Both the position numbers and the translations under genes were made by a program. The notes under the pieces were generated by a model that did no database searches, was not told the origin of the DNA, and worked only from the letters and a program-made list of their open reading frames with translations. A stretch of DNA of 64,000 bases. It comes from Endomicrobiales bacterium (GTDB taxonomy: Bacteria; Elusimicrobiota; Endomicrobiia; Endomicrobiales; CAWCFT01). This document shows, piece after piece, positions 37,852 through 49,782 of this stretch; position 1 is the stretch's first letter, and each line of letters starts with the position of its first letter. Where the stretch lies: the NCBI GenBank assembly GCA_963794945.1, contig CAWCFT010000001.1:128001-192000 (forward strand), in the 5' to 3' direction.

Positions 37852-38297
37852 CCGAGTATCACCTTGACGACCGCCTTGTGATGTTCGTACAACCCCGAAA
37901 GAGGCGCGTGGGCGTCTCCGGGGAATAATATCACAAAATCGCCGGGCTCAAGCTTTATATACCTTTCCGGCAAGTCATCGAAATATTTTATGTCCTTGGC
38001 TCTGTTATACCTTGTAAGTACCTTACGGCAGTCCTGAACCCTTTTTACCCCCATAAGCTCTGCACCGGCCACAACGTACTGGATATCGATATATTTCTCG
38101 TGGGCCTCCAGTTTGGCGCTCTTCTTACCTTTTCCGAAACCCTTTTGGACCATGGCATAAACGTTGTCGCCGGCTATCTCGAAGCGGCCGGGCTGAAGGC
38201 CGACAAGGTCTTTTCTCTCTAGAAAAACGAAAGCCTTTTCAAAATTAGGGTTAAGTTTAAGAAAATGTTTGTATTTCTTCAGGTTGCCTGTGATCAT
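37848..38297 (-). CDS. YhcH/YjgK/YiaL family protein
   Basis: EAHEKYIDIQY, FPGDAHAP, KAVVKV. Confidence 0.92.
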   Translation of the reverse strand: MITGNLKKYKHFLKLNPNFEKAFVFLERKDLVGLQPGRFEIAGDNVYAMVQKGFGKGKKSAKLEAHEKYIDIQYVVAGAELMGVKRVQDCRKVLTRYNRAKDIKYFDDLPERYIKLEPGDFVILFPGDAHAPLSGLYEHHKAVVKVILG

Positions 38298-40208
38298 CCG
38301 ATTTGAAGTTCCTCCGTTTGTTTGGGCATCAAACAGCAGTACCATTTATAAAGCATGTCGACAAGCGAGACGGCGGCGAGCGCGGCCATTAAGAAGACAA
38401 GGAAGGCGTCTATCCTGAAAGAAAGTATTTCCCCGGAAGTAATACCCGGCGACAAGGCCTTGTTCTGGAATATGTCGAACAGCTGCCAAGAAGCAGTAAA
38501 CGTTGTAACGAACATAAACGCCATAGGTATAAGCGTTACCCATGCGTATTTTATCTTTCCTTCCTTGATGATTATAGTTGTCCCGACACCCAATGCTATA
38601 GCCGCGAGTAATTGGTTTGAAACGCCGAACATTGGCCAGATAGTCGACACGCTGCCGGAATATATAAGGTAGCCCCATGCCACGACTACCACGGCGCTCA
38701 TGGCTATGTTGCCCGGCAGCCATGCCTGACGGGCAAGCGGCTTATAGAATAAACCGCCGAACTCCTGCAGGAGAAAACGCGCCACGCGCGTCCCGGCGTC
38801 AACCGTAGTAAGTATAAACAACGCTTCGAACATGAGCGCGAAATTGTACCAGTAAGGCATCAGCCCTCTCATGCCTGGAATGTTGCCGAGTATCGAAGAC
38901 ATACCCACGGCGAGAGAGACGGCCCCGCCGGGACGGCCTTGTACATTGACTCCTACCATCGCCGATAGTTCGGTTATCCTCTGCACGGGAAAGCCCAGCG
39001 CAGCCAGCTGGCCGAACGTGAGCTTTGAATTTATTGCGAAATAGTCGCCCGGGATAAGCACGGTGGCCGCGATAAGCGCCATCATGCCTACAAAACCTTC
39101 AGTGAGCATCGCGCCAAATCCGATGAACGGGATATCCCGTTCGACATTATCATTTTGGGTGTTGTGCCTGACGCGATAAGTGAATGGAAACCGGATATTG
39201 CACCGCAAGCGATCGTTATAAACATGAACGGGAACAGCTTCCCAGGTATGACGGGCCCGCCTCCGCCCACAAACTGGGTGATCCTCGGCATCTGGATGAT
39301 AGGTGCGATCATCATTACACCCAAAGCAAGCAGGGTGACCGTGCCTATCTTCATATACGTTGACAAATAGTCCCTCGGGCAAAGCAGCATCCACACCGGC
39401 AGAACAGAAGCGAAAAATCCGTAAACTGCTATAGCGACTACCATGTTGTTCCTGGAGAGGTTAAAAAAGGTTCAAGGAATGACCCGGGTATAAAGTGCCC
39501 GGTAATAACCGCGGAGACAAGAAGCAGGACGCCTATTACACTCATCTCCCCGACCTTACCGGGCCTGATGTTCCTGAGATAGAAACCCATTAGCAGCGCT
39601 ATTGGTATGGTTAGTGCTATAGTGAAAGTTCCCCAGGGGCTTTTTGTAAGGGCGTTCACTACGGCAAGTCCTAGCCCTGCTAGAGCAACGATTATGATAA
39701 AAAGTATTGCGATAGATGCCGCTATTCCGCCAATCGGGCCCACTTCTTCCTTGGCTATCTGGGCGAGCGATTTACCGTCGCGTTTTACCGATGCCGCGAG
39801 AACTACGATATCGTGCACGGACCCCGCGAGCGCTGCGCCTATCAGTATCCATAAAAATCCCGGCAGGTAACCGAATTGTGCCGCAAGCATCGGCCCTATC
39901 AATGGCCCCGCGCCGGCTATAGCCGCGAAATGGTGCCCGAACAGCACCCACTTGTTGGTAGGCTCATAATCCATGCCGTCTTTAAGCCTGATGGCAGGAG
40001 TTTCCGCTGTATCATCAAGCGATATGACCTTAGCCACCACGAATGCGCAGTAGAACCTGTAAACTACAACGTAAAAACATGCGGCAGCCAAGACCAGCCA
40101 GAGCGCATTGACTTTCTCTCCCGGGTTAAATATCCCGGTGGCAACTGCCGTTGCAACGGCCGCGGCCAGCGAAATCATTAACCAAAATATTTTTTTCAGC
40201 ATTTTCAT
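38294..40208 (-). CDS. cstA: Carbon starvation CstA/BtsT family transporter, two frameshifts
   Basis: [49 protein letters not shown] across three ORFs. Confidence 0.92.
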
Positions 40209-40510
40209 TCCAAAAAGCCCACGGCCTTTTCAACAGGCGAAATAAAAGCAAACCCCATCCCCCTTTCTTTCAACCCCCCGATAGAGACAACCGTATCAAA
40301 TATTGTCTCAAGCTGATCTTCTCCTGTAACAATAAGTATTACTTCTTTCTCGGCTTTTATGAACATACCCGATACACCTATCTTTTCCCTGACACCCCTG
40401 CCGCGAGCATCGTATATGGTTGCTGCCTGCGCGCCCTTGCGGATAGCTTCATCGATTATCCTGTCGCCTTTACCTTTTTCAACGATACAAGTGATGAGTT
40501 TCGCGTTCAT
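40205..40510 (-). CDS. P-II-like signal protein
   Basis: LI.CIV..G.G, AT...ARGRG, G.GFAFI.PV. Confidence 0.85.
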   Translation of the reverse strand: MNAKLITCIVEKGKGDRIIDEAIRKGAQAATIYDARGRGVREKIGVSGMFIKAEKEVILIVTGEDQLETIFDTVVSIGGLKERGMGFAFISPVEKAVGFLE

Positions 40511-40603
40511 TTACGCTCCTTTCAATGAGGTAACTATAGCGATAAACAGCCCCTGACTTTAAAACCTCTTGATATGTGCAAATTATATTAAACATCGGAA
40601 GGG

Positions 40604-40984
40604 TCAGCCTTTTAAAGCTTTAGCGACGAGATCAATCAGTTCTTGTATTTCGAAGGGTTTTTTAAGGAACATGGCGTTTAAATTCTTGGTGTCTATTAGT
40701 TTGGCCGAATCCTCAAGTATTAGGCCGGAAACTATTATTATCGGTATTTTCTTCCCGCTGGCTTTTGAGTTTAAATCGAAAGCAACAGAAGCGCCGTCCA
40801 TCTCCGGCATCATGAGGTCGAGTATCAGAAGGTCCGGCGACTCCTCACTGATCTTATCCATGGTCTCTTCGCCGTTCTCGGCGGTCACGACATCGTAGCC
40901 TTCTATGGAAAGTATGCTGGCCAGTGAGGACCGGATATTCTCGTCATCGTCTGCGACAAGTATCTTCTTTGCTTGGTTTTCCAT
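40604..40984 (-). CDS. Single-domain response regulator
   Basis: ILVADDD, LDLMMP.MDG, KP; encoded on minus strand (track label + is wrong). Confidence 0.92.
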   Translation of the reverse strand: MENQAKKILVADDDENIRSSLASILSIEGYDVVTAENGEETMDKISEESPDLLILDLMMPEMDGASVAFDLNSKASGKKIPIIIVSGLILEDSAKLIDTKNLNAMFLKKPFEIQELIDLVAKALKG

Positions 40985-41195
40985 TGAAATATCTCCGCTC
41001 AATAATCAGAACCTCTACCCACCGAGCTCGCGTTTTATACCCAGATATTGTGAATTATATCATAATTTTTAGTTAAATTGAAATTAAATAGCTATCTGAT
41101 TGAATCTGAAGTCCGTTAATTGTATAATACATATCAACTTAAATTTTAAATGCCTTAACTCAACTGATGAAGAGATTACCTAAAGGATACAAACA

Positions 41196-41987
41196 ATGTT
41201 AGTAGACTTCCATACCCACTTTTTTCCGGACAATATCGCAAGGCAAGGCTGCGACAACATGGCGAACAACGCGAACGTTACATATTACGGGGACGGCTCG
41301 CTGGGAAGCCTTTTGGAGTTCATGAAAACGGACTGTGTCGACATTTCGGTCAATCAGCCGGTGGCAACGAAGCCCGGGCAGGTACCCGGAATAAACCGCA
41401 GGATGGTAGAGATCAACAAGGCCAACAAATCAGTGATATGCTTCGGCGCCATGCATCCTGGTTTTGAAGATTTTGCAGAGCAGGTTAGCTTTCTTAAAGA
41501 AAACGGTATAAAAGGCATCAAGCTCCATCCTGAATACCAGCAGTTTCGTCCTGAAGATAAAAGGATGTTCAAATTTTATGAAGCCTGCGCCGAGGCCGGC
41601 ATAGCCGTTCTGTTCCACTCGGGAGTTGACCTGGGATACAAAAGTGTTCACAGCGCGCCTGAAGGTGTCAAACAAATACTCGGGATAAAAGGGCTGACTG
41701 TGATACTGGCGCATATGGGAGCCTACAGAATGTGGGATGATGTTGAGAAACTACTGGTTGGAGAGAATGTATATTTTGACTTAGCCTATTGTGCAGAGAT
41801 GGACAACGCTCAACTTAAGCGTATGATTCTGGCCCATGGATCCGACAAGATACTCTTCGCAACGGATTTTCCATGGGAGCGAGCGGAAGTCATAAAGAGA
41901 AAGATTGACACCCTGGCACTCGCAAAGGGAGATATAGACAACATCTGCTTTAAGAATGCCTCTAAATTATTGAACCTGAAATTCTGA
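41196..41987 (+). CDS. Amidohydrolase_2 family metallohydrolase
   Basis: DFHTH, GIKLHPEYQ, AHMG, ILFATDFPW. Confidence 0.92.
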   Translation: MLVDFHTHFFPDNIARQGCDNMANNANVTYYGDGSLGSLLEFMKTDCVDISVNQPVATKPGQVPGINRRMVEINKANKSVICFGAMHPGFEDFAEQVSFLKENGIKGIKLHPEYQQFRPEDKRMFKFYEACAEAGIAVLFHSGVDLGYKSVHSAPEGVKQILGIKGLTVILAHMGAYRMWDDVEKLLVGENVYFDLAYCAEMDNAQLKRMILAHGSDKILFATDFPWERAEVIKRKIDTLALAKGDIDNICFKNASKLLNLKF

Positions 41988-42034
41988 CCCTGCCTGACAT
42001 GTCTTTTGAATACTAAGATGAGCCCCTTAAGAGT

Positions 42035-42364
42035 TCAAGCCCGTTGCCTCTGCCCGGCGATATTCTTTACTTCAAAAAAGTTATATATCCTTACCATATC
42101 GAACTTTACCGCAGCTTCCCATTTATCTCTAGTTACTTGAATACGAAGTATTTTTCCTTTTACATAAAACGGAGTTATATCAGGATAAATATCTATTTTA
42201 CAGAATACTTCGGAACCAGGGCCGGCATATTCAGGCAACAGCACCCTCATACCACCTGGCCCGACGTCCAACACCCTTACCTTTTGTCTCTTATTATTAA
42301 CAATGAAATCGTCCGCATATCCAGGCTGTATGACACGGCGCATCACCCTTCTTTTTTCGCCCAT
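42035..42364 (-). CDS. PilZ domain protein
   Basis: KRRVMR, DVGPGG. Confidence 0.75.
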   Translation of the reverse strand: MGEKRRVMRRVIQPGYADDFIVNNKRQKVRVLDVGPGGMRVLLPEYAGPGSEVFCKIDIYPDITPFYVKGKILRIQVTRDKWEAAVKFDMVRIYNFFEVKNIAGQRQRA

Positions 42365-42417
42365 AAGACACCTTCTTTATAAAGTGACTTAGAGTAACAT
42401 CGGTTTTACGACACGGG

Positions 42418-43138
42418 TCAGCCCGCAAGTTTTTCAAAGTACCTTGAGAGCAAACTGAAATTTCCGGAAATAAGTATTACCCCGACGATAATAAGTATTA
42501 TACCCGACGTTGTTTCTATGTAACCAAAATATTTTTTTATCACAGAGAACATACCCAGCGCCCAATTAACAAAAAGTGCTGTTAGAAGAAAAGGAATACC
42601 CATTCCCAAAAGAGTAAAGGAAAAGCAACAGCATTCCTTTGTAGATAGTTCCCTGCGCCGACGCTAGTATAAGTATAGAGGAAAGTACAGGGCCGATACA
42701 TGGAGTCCATCCTGCGGCAAAGGCAAGTCCTATTAAAAATGAGCCCAGGTAGCCGCCCGAAAATTTGCCTGCATCAAGCCTTTTTTCCGCGTATAGGAAC
42801 TTTATCCTGTACACACCGCTCAAATGAATCCCGAAAATTATTACGGCTATCCCTCCCACCCATCTTATTAAAGCTTTGTGCGTGCCGAGAAGAGCTCCGA
42901 AATAACTGGCCGATGCTCCAAGCAGAACGAAAACCGCACTGAAGCCGATCACGAAAGCCAGGGCGTTCAAAAATGTTTTGAGGAGCGCCGATCCTTCAGC
43001 TCCTTTGAGCTCTGAAACAGACACGCCAGTGATGAACGATATATATATTGGGATAAGCGGCAGGACACATGGGCTGGCGAAGGTCAAAAGGCCGGCGGCA
43101 AAACTTACTAAGTAAGGGAATTTACCAAGCGTTGTCAT
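42418..43138 (-). CDS. ccdA: CcdA/DsbD-type thiol:disulfide membrane protein, frameshift near 42610
   Basis: SPCVLPLIP, WTPCIGP. Confidence 0.9.
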
Positions 43139-43608
43139 TTTTTTAGGGCTTTTTTCATGTTTGCCGCGAAATCAGGCGCGGGGTTATAGCCGACCATCTT
43201 GTCTATGACTGTCCCATCAGGATTTATGAATACTATAGTAGGAAGGCCCTGCACACCGTATTTAGACGCGTCCTGTCCGTACTTGTCCGTGTCAACCTTA
43301 ACGCACACGAAATTCTTTGAAAGCGCAATGACCTCAGGGTCCGTATAAACATCCTTGTCAAGTTTCTTGCACCAGCCGCACCATTCCGCAAAAAAGTCAA
43401 CCATGAGCGGTTTTTTTGACGATTGGCCAAGTGCCAGACCGCCGGCTAGCGTGTAAGACCAGTTTATTGAGCCTTCCGCCGCGTTAACAGCAGCAGTTTT
43501 CTGTGTGTTTGCAGAAGCGTTTTCGGCTTTTCCTTCCCTGCAGCCGACAAGCATAACAGCGCAAAATACCGCGAACGCGAACAGTTTCATTTTCATAATT
43601 GCCTCCAT
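43135..43608 (-). CDS. Thioredoxin-like lipoprotein
   Basis: LVGC lipobox, WCGWC, GLPT. Confidence 0.9.
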   Translation of the reverse strand: MEAIMKMKLFAFAVFCAVMLVGCREGKAENASANTQKTAAVNAAEGSINWSYTLAGGLALGQSSKKPLMVDFFAEWCGWCKKLDKDVYTDPEVIALSKNFVCVKVDTDKYGQDASKYGVQGLPTIVFINPDGTVIDKMVGYNPAPDFAANMKKALKK

Positions 43609-43617
43609 CTAAGGTAC

Positions 43618-44964
43618 CACCTATGAAAGAAAAAGTCAAGGTGACAAAAAGTATCTCCGCAGTAGTTTCTAACTACTGATCTGTTCTGTTAAACAAGTTC
43701 TTTGGCCGTTCGCCCGCTTTGTATCGTAAGAAGCTCCGAAAATATCCGGACTTCAGTCACCTATTGGCAGCTCTGCACTTGGCGGACTGCATGATAGAAT
43801 CGGGCGACGCCCCTCCGCTAATCAGACTTGTTGAAGCTGTCAGCCTTGCGGCGGACACTTCAGGCACCATTGAGCGCGAGGGACGCCGTAGTCCGTATAT
43901 AATATGGCCGCTTATCTTTCAAAACTCGATACACAATTTTCAATAAATCTCTGGCAAGAGCCACTCGCGCCACGTTGGGCGCTTTCCGTTTGGCTATAGC
44001 TTCATACTTTTCTGTTCGTTCAACGCTGCTCTTTGAAAAATGGTGAACTGCCTCAATCAATATCCACTGTAGGTGTTTACGCCGATTCTTATTTAAAGAA
44101 CCGTGATATTCTTTGTCGGCGCTCTGGAATGTTCTCGGTGCAAGGCCTGCGTACGCGCAGAGGCGGTTAAATGTTGTAAAACGGCTAATATCGCCTATCT
44201 CGCTTTTAATAAGCAACGCACCAAAACTGCCTATCCCAGGAATACTTTCAAGATTCCGCGCGTCGGGATCACTTTCGGCTATTGCATGTAGTTGCCACCC
44301 GATACGGTTTTCACGCGCATTCAAAGCGCCTATTTGCTCAATCCAGTTTTCTGCGGCAATCCGGCACGGTTCAGATAATTTGTTCACCGCAATACCGTTC
44401 AATTGCTTCATTGAAGTATAGTCACCCGTTGACATCTGTCCATGGCGATCAAGAAGTGACTTTAACCGTGCTGTGTTCCGCGTTCGTTCACTGACAATGC
44501 TCATCCGGCAATGCAACAGTTCTTTAATAGCTCGTATCTTCTTGTTCTGGCAGCTCTACTGTAGGTAAATAGCCCTTACGGAGCACATCGGCTATAAGCC
44601 GGGCATCTATCTTGTTTGTTTTCTTGTTTCGTTTTGCAAATGCTTTCAGCTCGTACGAATTCGCAAGATACACCTTGTAAGCATATTCTTCGGCGAGATC
44701 AACGAAATAGTACCAATTGTAAGTCGTTTCAACTGCAAGTGTAAATGGTCGTGGGAGCGTTTTATAATATGATCGCAACACTTCTGGCAAATTTGCTATA
44801 CTCTGGCTGTCAATCCGTTTGCCCTGCTCGTTCGTCACGTAAAACCAAGAACGCTCTTTGTGCAAGTCTACACCAACATAATTCATGGCAACCTCCTCGT
44901 TTTGTCTTATTGCTCGATACAATAAGTTTAACAAAACTAGATGGAGGTTGCTTTCATATTATCA
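43618..44964 (-). mobile_element. IS110-family (IS1111-type) element, copy 3; transposase frameshifted
   Basis: 1347 bp, near-identical to copy 2; inserted between nadA and thioredoxin gene. Confidence 0.95.
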
Positions 44965-44985
44965 GACTTGTTTTTCATCTATACG

Positions 44986-45888
44986 CTATATTTTTTCAAG
45001 CATCCTGTCAATTGCTTTTTTTGCCCCTGCACTGACAGCTTCTTCAACCCTGACAACGTTTTTCATGTCTTCAAGGCACCATAGGACTTTTTCAAGGCTG
45101 TTCTTTTTCATGTTCACGCAAACCGCCCGCGCGGAAACCGGATAGAACTTCTTAGAAGGGTTCTCTTTGTTCAGCCTGTGTATAATGCCTACCTCGGTAC
45201 ACATTATGAATTCATTTTTTCCTGGAGTTTTAGCGTATTCGCACATACCGCTGGTTGAAAGGACCTTGTCGGCAAGCGCCGTTACTTCGGGCCGGCATTC
45301 GGGATGAGCCAGCACTTCGGCTTCCGGATGCGCCTGTTTAGCTACAGCGACATCATTCTGGTTTATCCGTTCGTGGACTATGCAATAACCGTCAGTAAGA
45401 ATAAGTATTTTTCCGGTCTTGGAAGCCACATATGCCCCCAGGTTCCTGTCAGGGACGAAAATTATAGTGTCTTCTTTCATTTTCCTTACTATATTTTCGG
45501 CGTTGGCGGACGTGCAGCAGATATCCGACTCAGCTTTTACGGCAGCCGATGTGTTGACGTAACAAACCACCGGCACCCCGGGGTTCTCTTTCTTTAATTG
45601 ACGCAGTTGATCGGCCGTGATCATGTCGGCCATGGGGCATCCAGCGGGTTCCGGCAGAAGAACGGTTTTATCGGGGCTCAACATGGCCGCGGTCTCGGCC
45701 ATGAAATGTACGCCGCAGAACACTATAACATCCGCCTTCGTCTCCGAGGCCCTGCCTGCGAGGTCAAGTGAATCTCCGATGAAATCGGCTATATCCTGCA
45801 CCTCGCCGGACTGGTAATTGTGTACCAGTATCACGGCGTTGCGCTTTTTCTTTAACGCGTTGATCCTTTCTGCTAAAATTTCAGTCAT
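44986..45888 (-). CDS. nadA: Quinolinate synthase
   Basis: HNYQ, GDSL, FCGVHFMAETA, GCPMAD, YVNT, HPEC. Confidence 0.97.
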   Translation of the reverse strand: MTEILAERINALKKKRNAVILVHNYQSGEVQDIADFIGDSLDLAGRASETKADVIVFCGVHFMAETAAMLSPDKTVLLPEPAGCPMADMITADQLRQLKKENPGVPVVCYVNTSAAVKAESDICCTSANAENIVRKMKEDTIIFVPDRNLGAYVASKTGKILILTDGYCIVHERINQNDVAVAKQAHPEAEVLAHPECRPEVTALADKVLSTSGMCEYAKTPGKNEFIMCTEVGIIHRLNKENPSKKFYPVSARAVCVNMKKNSLEKVLWCLEDMKNVVRVEEAVSAGAKKAIDRMLEKI

Positions 45889-45893
45889 CTGAT

Positions 45894-46526
45894 TTATATC
45901 CTTTTTGAACGGTTAGGGAAAAGCTCCTGAAATTTTCGCATCTCCGCGGTAGTATCTTTCTTTGTGATGACACAGGAAATAGCGCAGACCGAATCTGCCC
46001 CGGCATCTATAACGCTTCCGGCATTCGACATGTCTATACCGCCAATGGCTACAATTGGCACCAAGGCAAATTTCTTGATTTCCGATATAAGGCCGGTACC
46101 CGAAGGCGATCCCGCGTCTTTCTTTGTGCCGGTCTTAAAGATCGGCGAAACAGCTATATAATCTGCCCCGTCTAATATCGCCTGCCTCGCTTCAGCGACG
46201 TTGTGCACCGTGACACCAATTATCTTATTTGAACCGATCAGTTTCCTTGCGGCAAGGCACGGCAGATCATCCTGCCCCACGTGAACACCGTCCGCGCCAC
46301 AAGCGATGGCAACGTCTACCCTATCGTTTACAACGAACAAAGCGTTGCCGCAGAGATGTTTTAAACGCGAGGCTCTTTCCAGCATGTCTTTGCCGACAGC
46401 GTTTTTGGCCCTGTACTGGATCATGCTTACGCCTGCTTTGACAGCAGACTTCACGTCTTCTTCATCGCCCGCGAGGCTTAGCCCCGAGTCCGTTACAAAA
46501 TAATATCCTTGAATTCTATTATCCAT
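45894..46526 (-). CDS. thiE: Thiamine-phosphate synthase
   Basis: QYRAK, VNDRVD, GVHVGQDD, TGTK, AIGGI. Confidence 0.96.
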   Translation of the reverse strand: MDNRIQGYYFVTDSGLSLAGDEEDVKSAVKAGVSMIQYRAKNAVGKDMLERASRLKHLCGNALFVVNDRVDVAIACGADGVHVGQDDLPCLAARKLIGSNKIIGVTVHNVAEARQAILDGADYIAVSPIFKTGTKKDAGSPSGTGLISEIKKFALVPIVAIGGIDMSNAGSVIDAGADSVCAISCVITKKDTTAEMRKFQELFPNRSKRI

Positions 46527-46532
46527 AAACTT

Positions 46533-47329
46533 TCATCCGGTTACAGTTATCTTTGCCATCTTGTCTGCAGTCGCGCCTTCAAGTTGGTATATGGCGTCAA
46601 AGAAGTTTTCCTTAAATGTTCCAGGCCCCTTAGAAAAGGCCGCGGTGATCTCAGCGGCTGCCTCATAGCACACGAGCCCGCAGGCAGCTGCCAAAGCAAA
46701 ATCTTTTTCCACAGCGCAGAAGGTCCCAATTACGGAGGCGGCCATGCATCCAGTTCCAACTATGTGCGCCATCATGGGGTCGCCGTTCTTGACAATATAG
46801 GTTTTACGCCCGTTTGTAATTATATCTTCGGCACCGGTAATGACCACAGTGCACGCTCTTTTTACAGCAAGTTCTTTTGCAAGGTTCACCAGATCCTTTT
46901 CAACACTCGACGCGTCAACACCTTTTGTGCGGACGTCCTCTCCGGCTATCCTTGCTACTTCAGAAGAATTCCCTTTTATCACGTCAACTTTGACTTTATC
47001 AAGTATTTCAAAACTCTTGTCGTCTCTGAGCTTAGTGGCGCCGACACCGCACACGTCCAGCACAACTGGTATGCCCTTTTTGTTCGCCGCTCCGGCCGTG
47101 ATTATCATCGACTCCACGAAGTCCGGAGTAAGCGTGCCTATGTTTAGCACCAGAGCGGAGGCGATACCCGTCATATCCGCGGCCTTCTCTCTTTCGCGTG
47201 CGCCATGACAGGTGAGGCGCCGAATACCTTTACGACGTTCGCGCAGTCATAGATAGTCACCCAGTTAGTCAGGTGATGGATGACCGGCTTCTGGCTTCTT
47301 ACTTTTTCAAGCAGTGCGGATACCTTCAT
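46533..47329 (-). CDS. thiM: Hydroxyethylthiazole kinase, frameshift near 47190
   Basis: [34 protein letters not shown]. Confidence 0.93.
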
Positions 47330-47344
47330 TTTGCCAGACCTCCC

Positions 47345-47382
47345 AAAATATAAATTCCCCGAAGCGATAACAGCGGGGAATT
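47345..47382 (-). terminator. Riboswitch expression-platform terminator
   Basis: AATTCCCCG...CGGGGAATT followed by TATATTTT. Confidence 0.7.
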
Positions 47383-47394
47383 AGTAACGAAATC

Positions 47395-47492
47395 TGACAA
47401 TTCCCTCCGCTGGCATTACCCAGATCAGGTTCATAAGGTAATCCCGCTCTACGGGAACTCTCAGAGCCGTCCTACGGCCCTCCCTTTTTGAC
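47395..47492 (-). ncRNA. TPP riboswitch
   Basis: GGG...CTGAGA...ACCTTATGAACCTGATCTGGGTAATGCCAGCGGAGGGAA upstream of thiM; promoter TTGACA-17-TAAAAT upstream. Confidence 0.96.
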
Positions 47493-47541
47493 ACAGCAAT
47501 TTTACCACAAAGCCCGGCGGTTGTCAAATTGAGTAATGAAA

Positions 47542-48057
47542 CTACCGCGGCTTCCAGAAATACCACGTAAGATAGAACGCTATAGCGCTTTTATTTTGTT
47601 CGGAATCGTTTGGGAACCAGGTCATGTTTACTGACAGGTTTTTGAGGTATGGAACGGTCAATGGCCTAAAAGAAATGATCGGCAGGGGCCCGAAGTGTAT
47701 GCTGTATGAAGGTGTGTCAAAATAAACAAGCGCGATGCCAGCGCTCAATGAAGGGCAGAAGCCGAATTTATATTTATATTCAACAGCCGCGTATTTTGCC
47801 GTATAGTAAAGAGAATCCTTAAAAAAACCCAATTCATAAGCCAGAATACTGTTTGAACTTTCTTCTGTAATGAACTCCAGCCCTAACCCGGAATTAGTGC
47901 CGTTTAGCGGGCGCTGCATGCCATTGTCATCATAAAAATATTTCGTATTGTAATGATAGGAGAGCCCGTTAATGTTAAGGCCCAGCTCGCCCGCGCGTGC
48001 GGGCACCGTAAAGTATACGCACAATAACAGAGCCGCGAATGGGATAAATTTCTTCAT
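47542..48057 (-). CDS. Hypothetical small outer-membrane beta-barrel
   Basis: Signal peptide, LSYH, N.GLGLE, alternating strands. Confidence 0.6.
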   Translation of the reverse strand: MKKFIPFAALLLCVYFTVPARAGELGLNINGLSYHYNTKYFYDDNGMQRPLNGTNSGLGLEFITEESSNSILAYELGFFKDSLYYTAKYAAVEYKYKFGFCPSLSAGIALVYFDTPSYSIHFGPLPIISFRPLTVPYLKNLSVNMTWFPNDSEQNKSAIAFYLTWYFWKPR

Positions 48058-48647
48058 TTCGTGACTAGGAACACCGCGTTCTCGGCCAGGAGGTTAGGAA
48101 GCAGGTTTAACTCGGAATCTACACCGAGGTATCGTTCCTTTAGGATCTTTATGTTTTTCTGCGAGCAGAACCTTTTAAAATCGTTAATGCTTAGCGAACG
48201 TATGTTGGGCGTGTTATACCATTCATACGGCAGGGATTTCGTGACAGGGACATTTCCGTGGAAAGAAAGCATAAGCCTTGCCTTTATGTTCGCAAAGTTA
48301 GGGAAACCAACAATAGCCTTCGCGCCTACCCTCAAAGCCTCCCCGATAACGAGATCGATCTTCTTGACCTGCTGCAGGCTCTGGTTGAGTATCGCGTAAT
48401 CGAACGATTTGTCGGGATAACTGGAGAGCCCCGAATCTATGTCCGTATGAAAAACGCTCAGCCCCTTTTCCACGCACTTATAGATGGCCTCTTCCGAGAG
48501 CTCTATACCCTGAACTTTCGCGCCTTTGTTGGTCTCTAGGTATTTCATAAGCTCACCGTCTCCGCAGCCAAGGTCCAGCACGCGCGAGCCGGGCTCTATC
48601 ATGTCCAGTATTATCTTATAATCCAGCCTTAAACCGTTATCTGCCAT
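48054..48647 (-). CDS. metW: Methionine biosynthesis protein MetW
   Basis: [25 protein letters not shown]; follows metX. Confidence 0.95.
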   Translation of the reverse strand: MADNGLRLDYKIILDMIEPGSRVLDLGCGDGELMKYLETNKGAKVQGIELSEEAIYKCVEKGLSVFHTDIDSGLSSYPDKSFDYAILNQSLQQVKKIDLVIGEALRVGAKAIVGFPNFANIKARLMLSFHGNVPVTKSLPYEWYNTPNIRSLSINDFKRFCSQKNIKILKERYLGVDSELNLLPNLLAENAVFLVTK

Positions 48648-49773
48648 TTACCTCTCCCGAAACTTTTTCTAAGAAATGTTTTATCAACCGGCTTTCAGAT
48701 TCGGCTTCCAGAAGGAACGCGTCGTGGCCGTAAGTGGACTTTATCTCGCAGTAAGTTACATCCACTCCCTTCAACTTAAGGTTCTGCGCGATATCCTTGG
48801 ACTGGTACGACGGATAAAGCCAGTCCGACTGGAAAGATATCACCAGAAACTTCGTTTCCACCTTCACGCCTATTGGAAGAAGCTTCTCGCCCGAGACGTC
48901 GAAATAGTCCATCGCCTTTGTTATGTAAAGATACGAGTTAGCATCGAATCTTTTAACAAAGTTGTCGCCTTTGTACCTGAGGTAACCTTCCACCTGGAAA
49001 TCGGTTTTGAAACTAAAAGAAAAATCCTTATCATTTAGTTTCCTTGAAAATTTTTCTTCCATGGACTGGTCACTCATATACGTTATGTGTCCTATCATAC
49101 GCGCCATTGCCAGCCCGCGTTCCGGCTGGCCTTTTCCGTAGTAATTTCCTTTGTTCCACACTGGGTCGGCCATAACCGCCTGCCGGCCTACTTCGTCGAA
49201 AGCTATCTGCTGCGGTGAATGTTTGGAAGTAGTCGCTATAGGTATGGCGCTCGCGACACGGTGCGGGAAGTTCGCAACCCACTGGAGCGCCTGCATACCG
49301 CCCATAGAGCCCCCCGCAACGCAGAGAAGCTTTTCAATGCCAAGGTGCGTTATGAGTTTTTCCTGAGCGTTGACCATGTCTGAGATTGTGATTATGGGAA
49401 AATCCAGGCCGAACGGCTGTCCAGTGACTGGGTCGATCGAAGACGGGCCGGTGCTCCCTTTGCACCCGCCTATGCTGTTAGAGCATATAACGAAATATTT
49501 ATCCGTATCGAAAGCCTTTCCCGGGCCTATTATCGTATCCCACCATCCCGGTTTCTCATCGTCTTTATGATAGCCAGCCGCGTGCGCGTCTCCTGAGAAA
49601 GCGTGAAGGATAAGCACAGCATTAGACTTGTCGTGGTTAAGCTTTCCGTATGTCTCATAAGCGAGTGTCACTGGCCCAAGCGTTTTGCCGGACTCAAGGC
49701 CAAGCGGCTCCTTGAACGTAAAATATTTTGGCTCAACTACGCCTAAACTGCTGCTCTTCTCTTTATCAGTCAT
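48637..49773 (-). CDS. metX: Homoserine O-acetyltransferase
   Basis: [29 protein letters not shown]. Confidence 0.96.
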   Translation of the reverse strand: MTDKEKSSSLGVVEPKYFTFKEPLGLESGKTLGPVTLAYETYGKLNHDKSNAVLILHAFSGDAHAAGYHKDDEKPGWWDTIIGPGKAFDTDKYFVICSNSIGGCKGSTGPSSIDPVTGQPFGLDFPIITISDMVNAQEKLITHLGIEKLLCVAGGSMGGMQALQWVANFPHRVASAIPIATTSKHSPQQIAFDEVGRQAVMADPVWNKGNYYGKGQPERGLAMARMIGHITYMSDQSMEEKFSRKLNDKDFSFSFKTDFQVEGYLRYKGDNFVKRFDANSYLYITKAMDYFDVSGEKLLPIGVKVETKFLVISFQSDWLYPSYQSKDIAQNLKLKGVDVTYCEIKSTYGHDAFLLEAESESRLIKHFLEKVSGEVNGR

Positions 49774-49782
49774 TTAATTTCC

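Noticed and set aside
40604..41002. ORF track lists the response regulator on the + strand
   Set aside because: The given protein reads from the minus strand (stop at 40604-40606, ATG at 40984).
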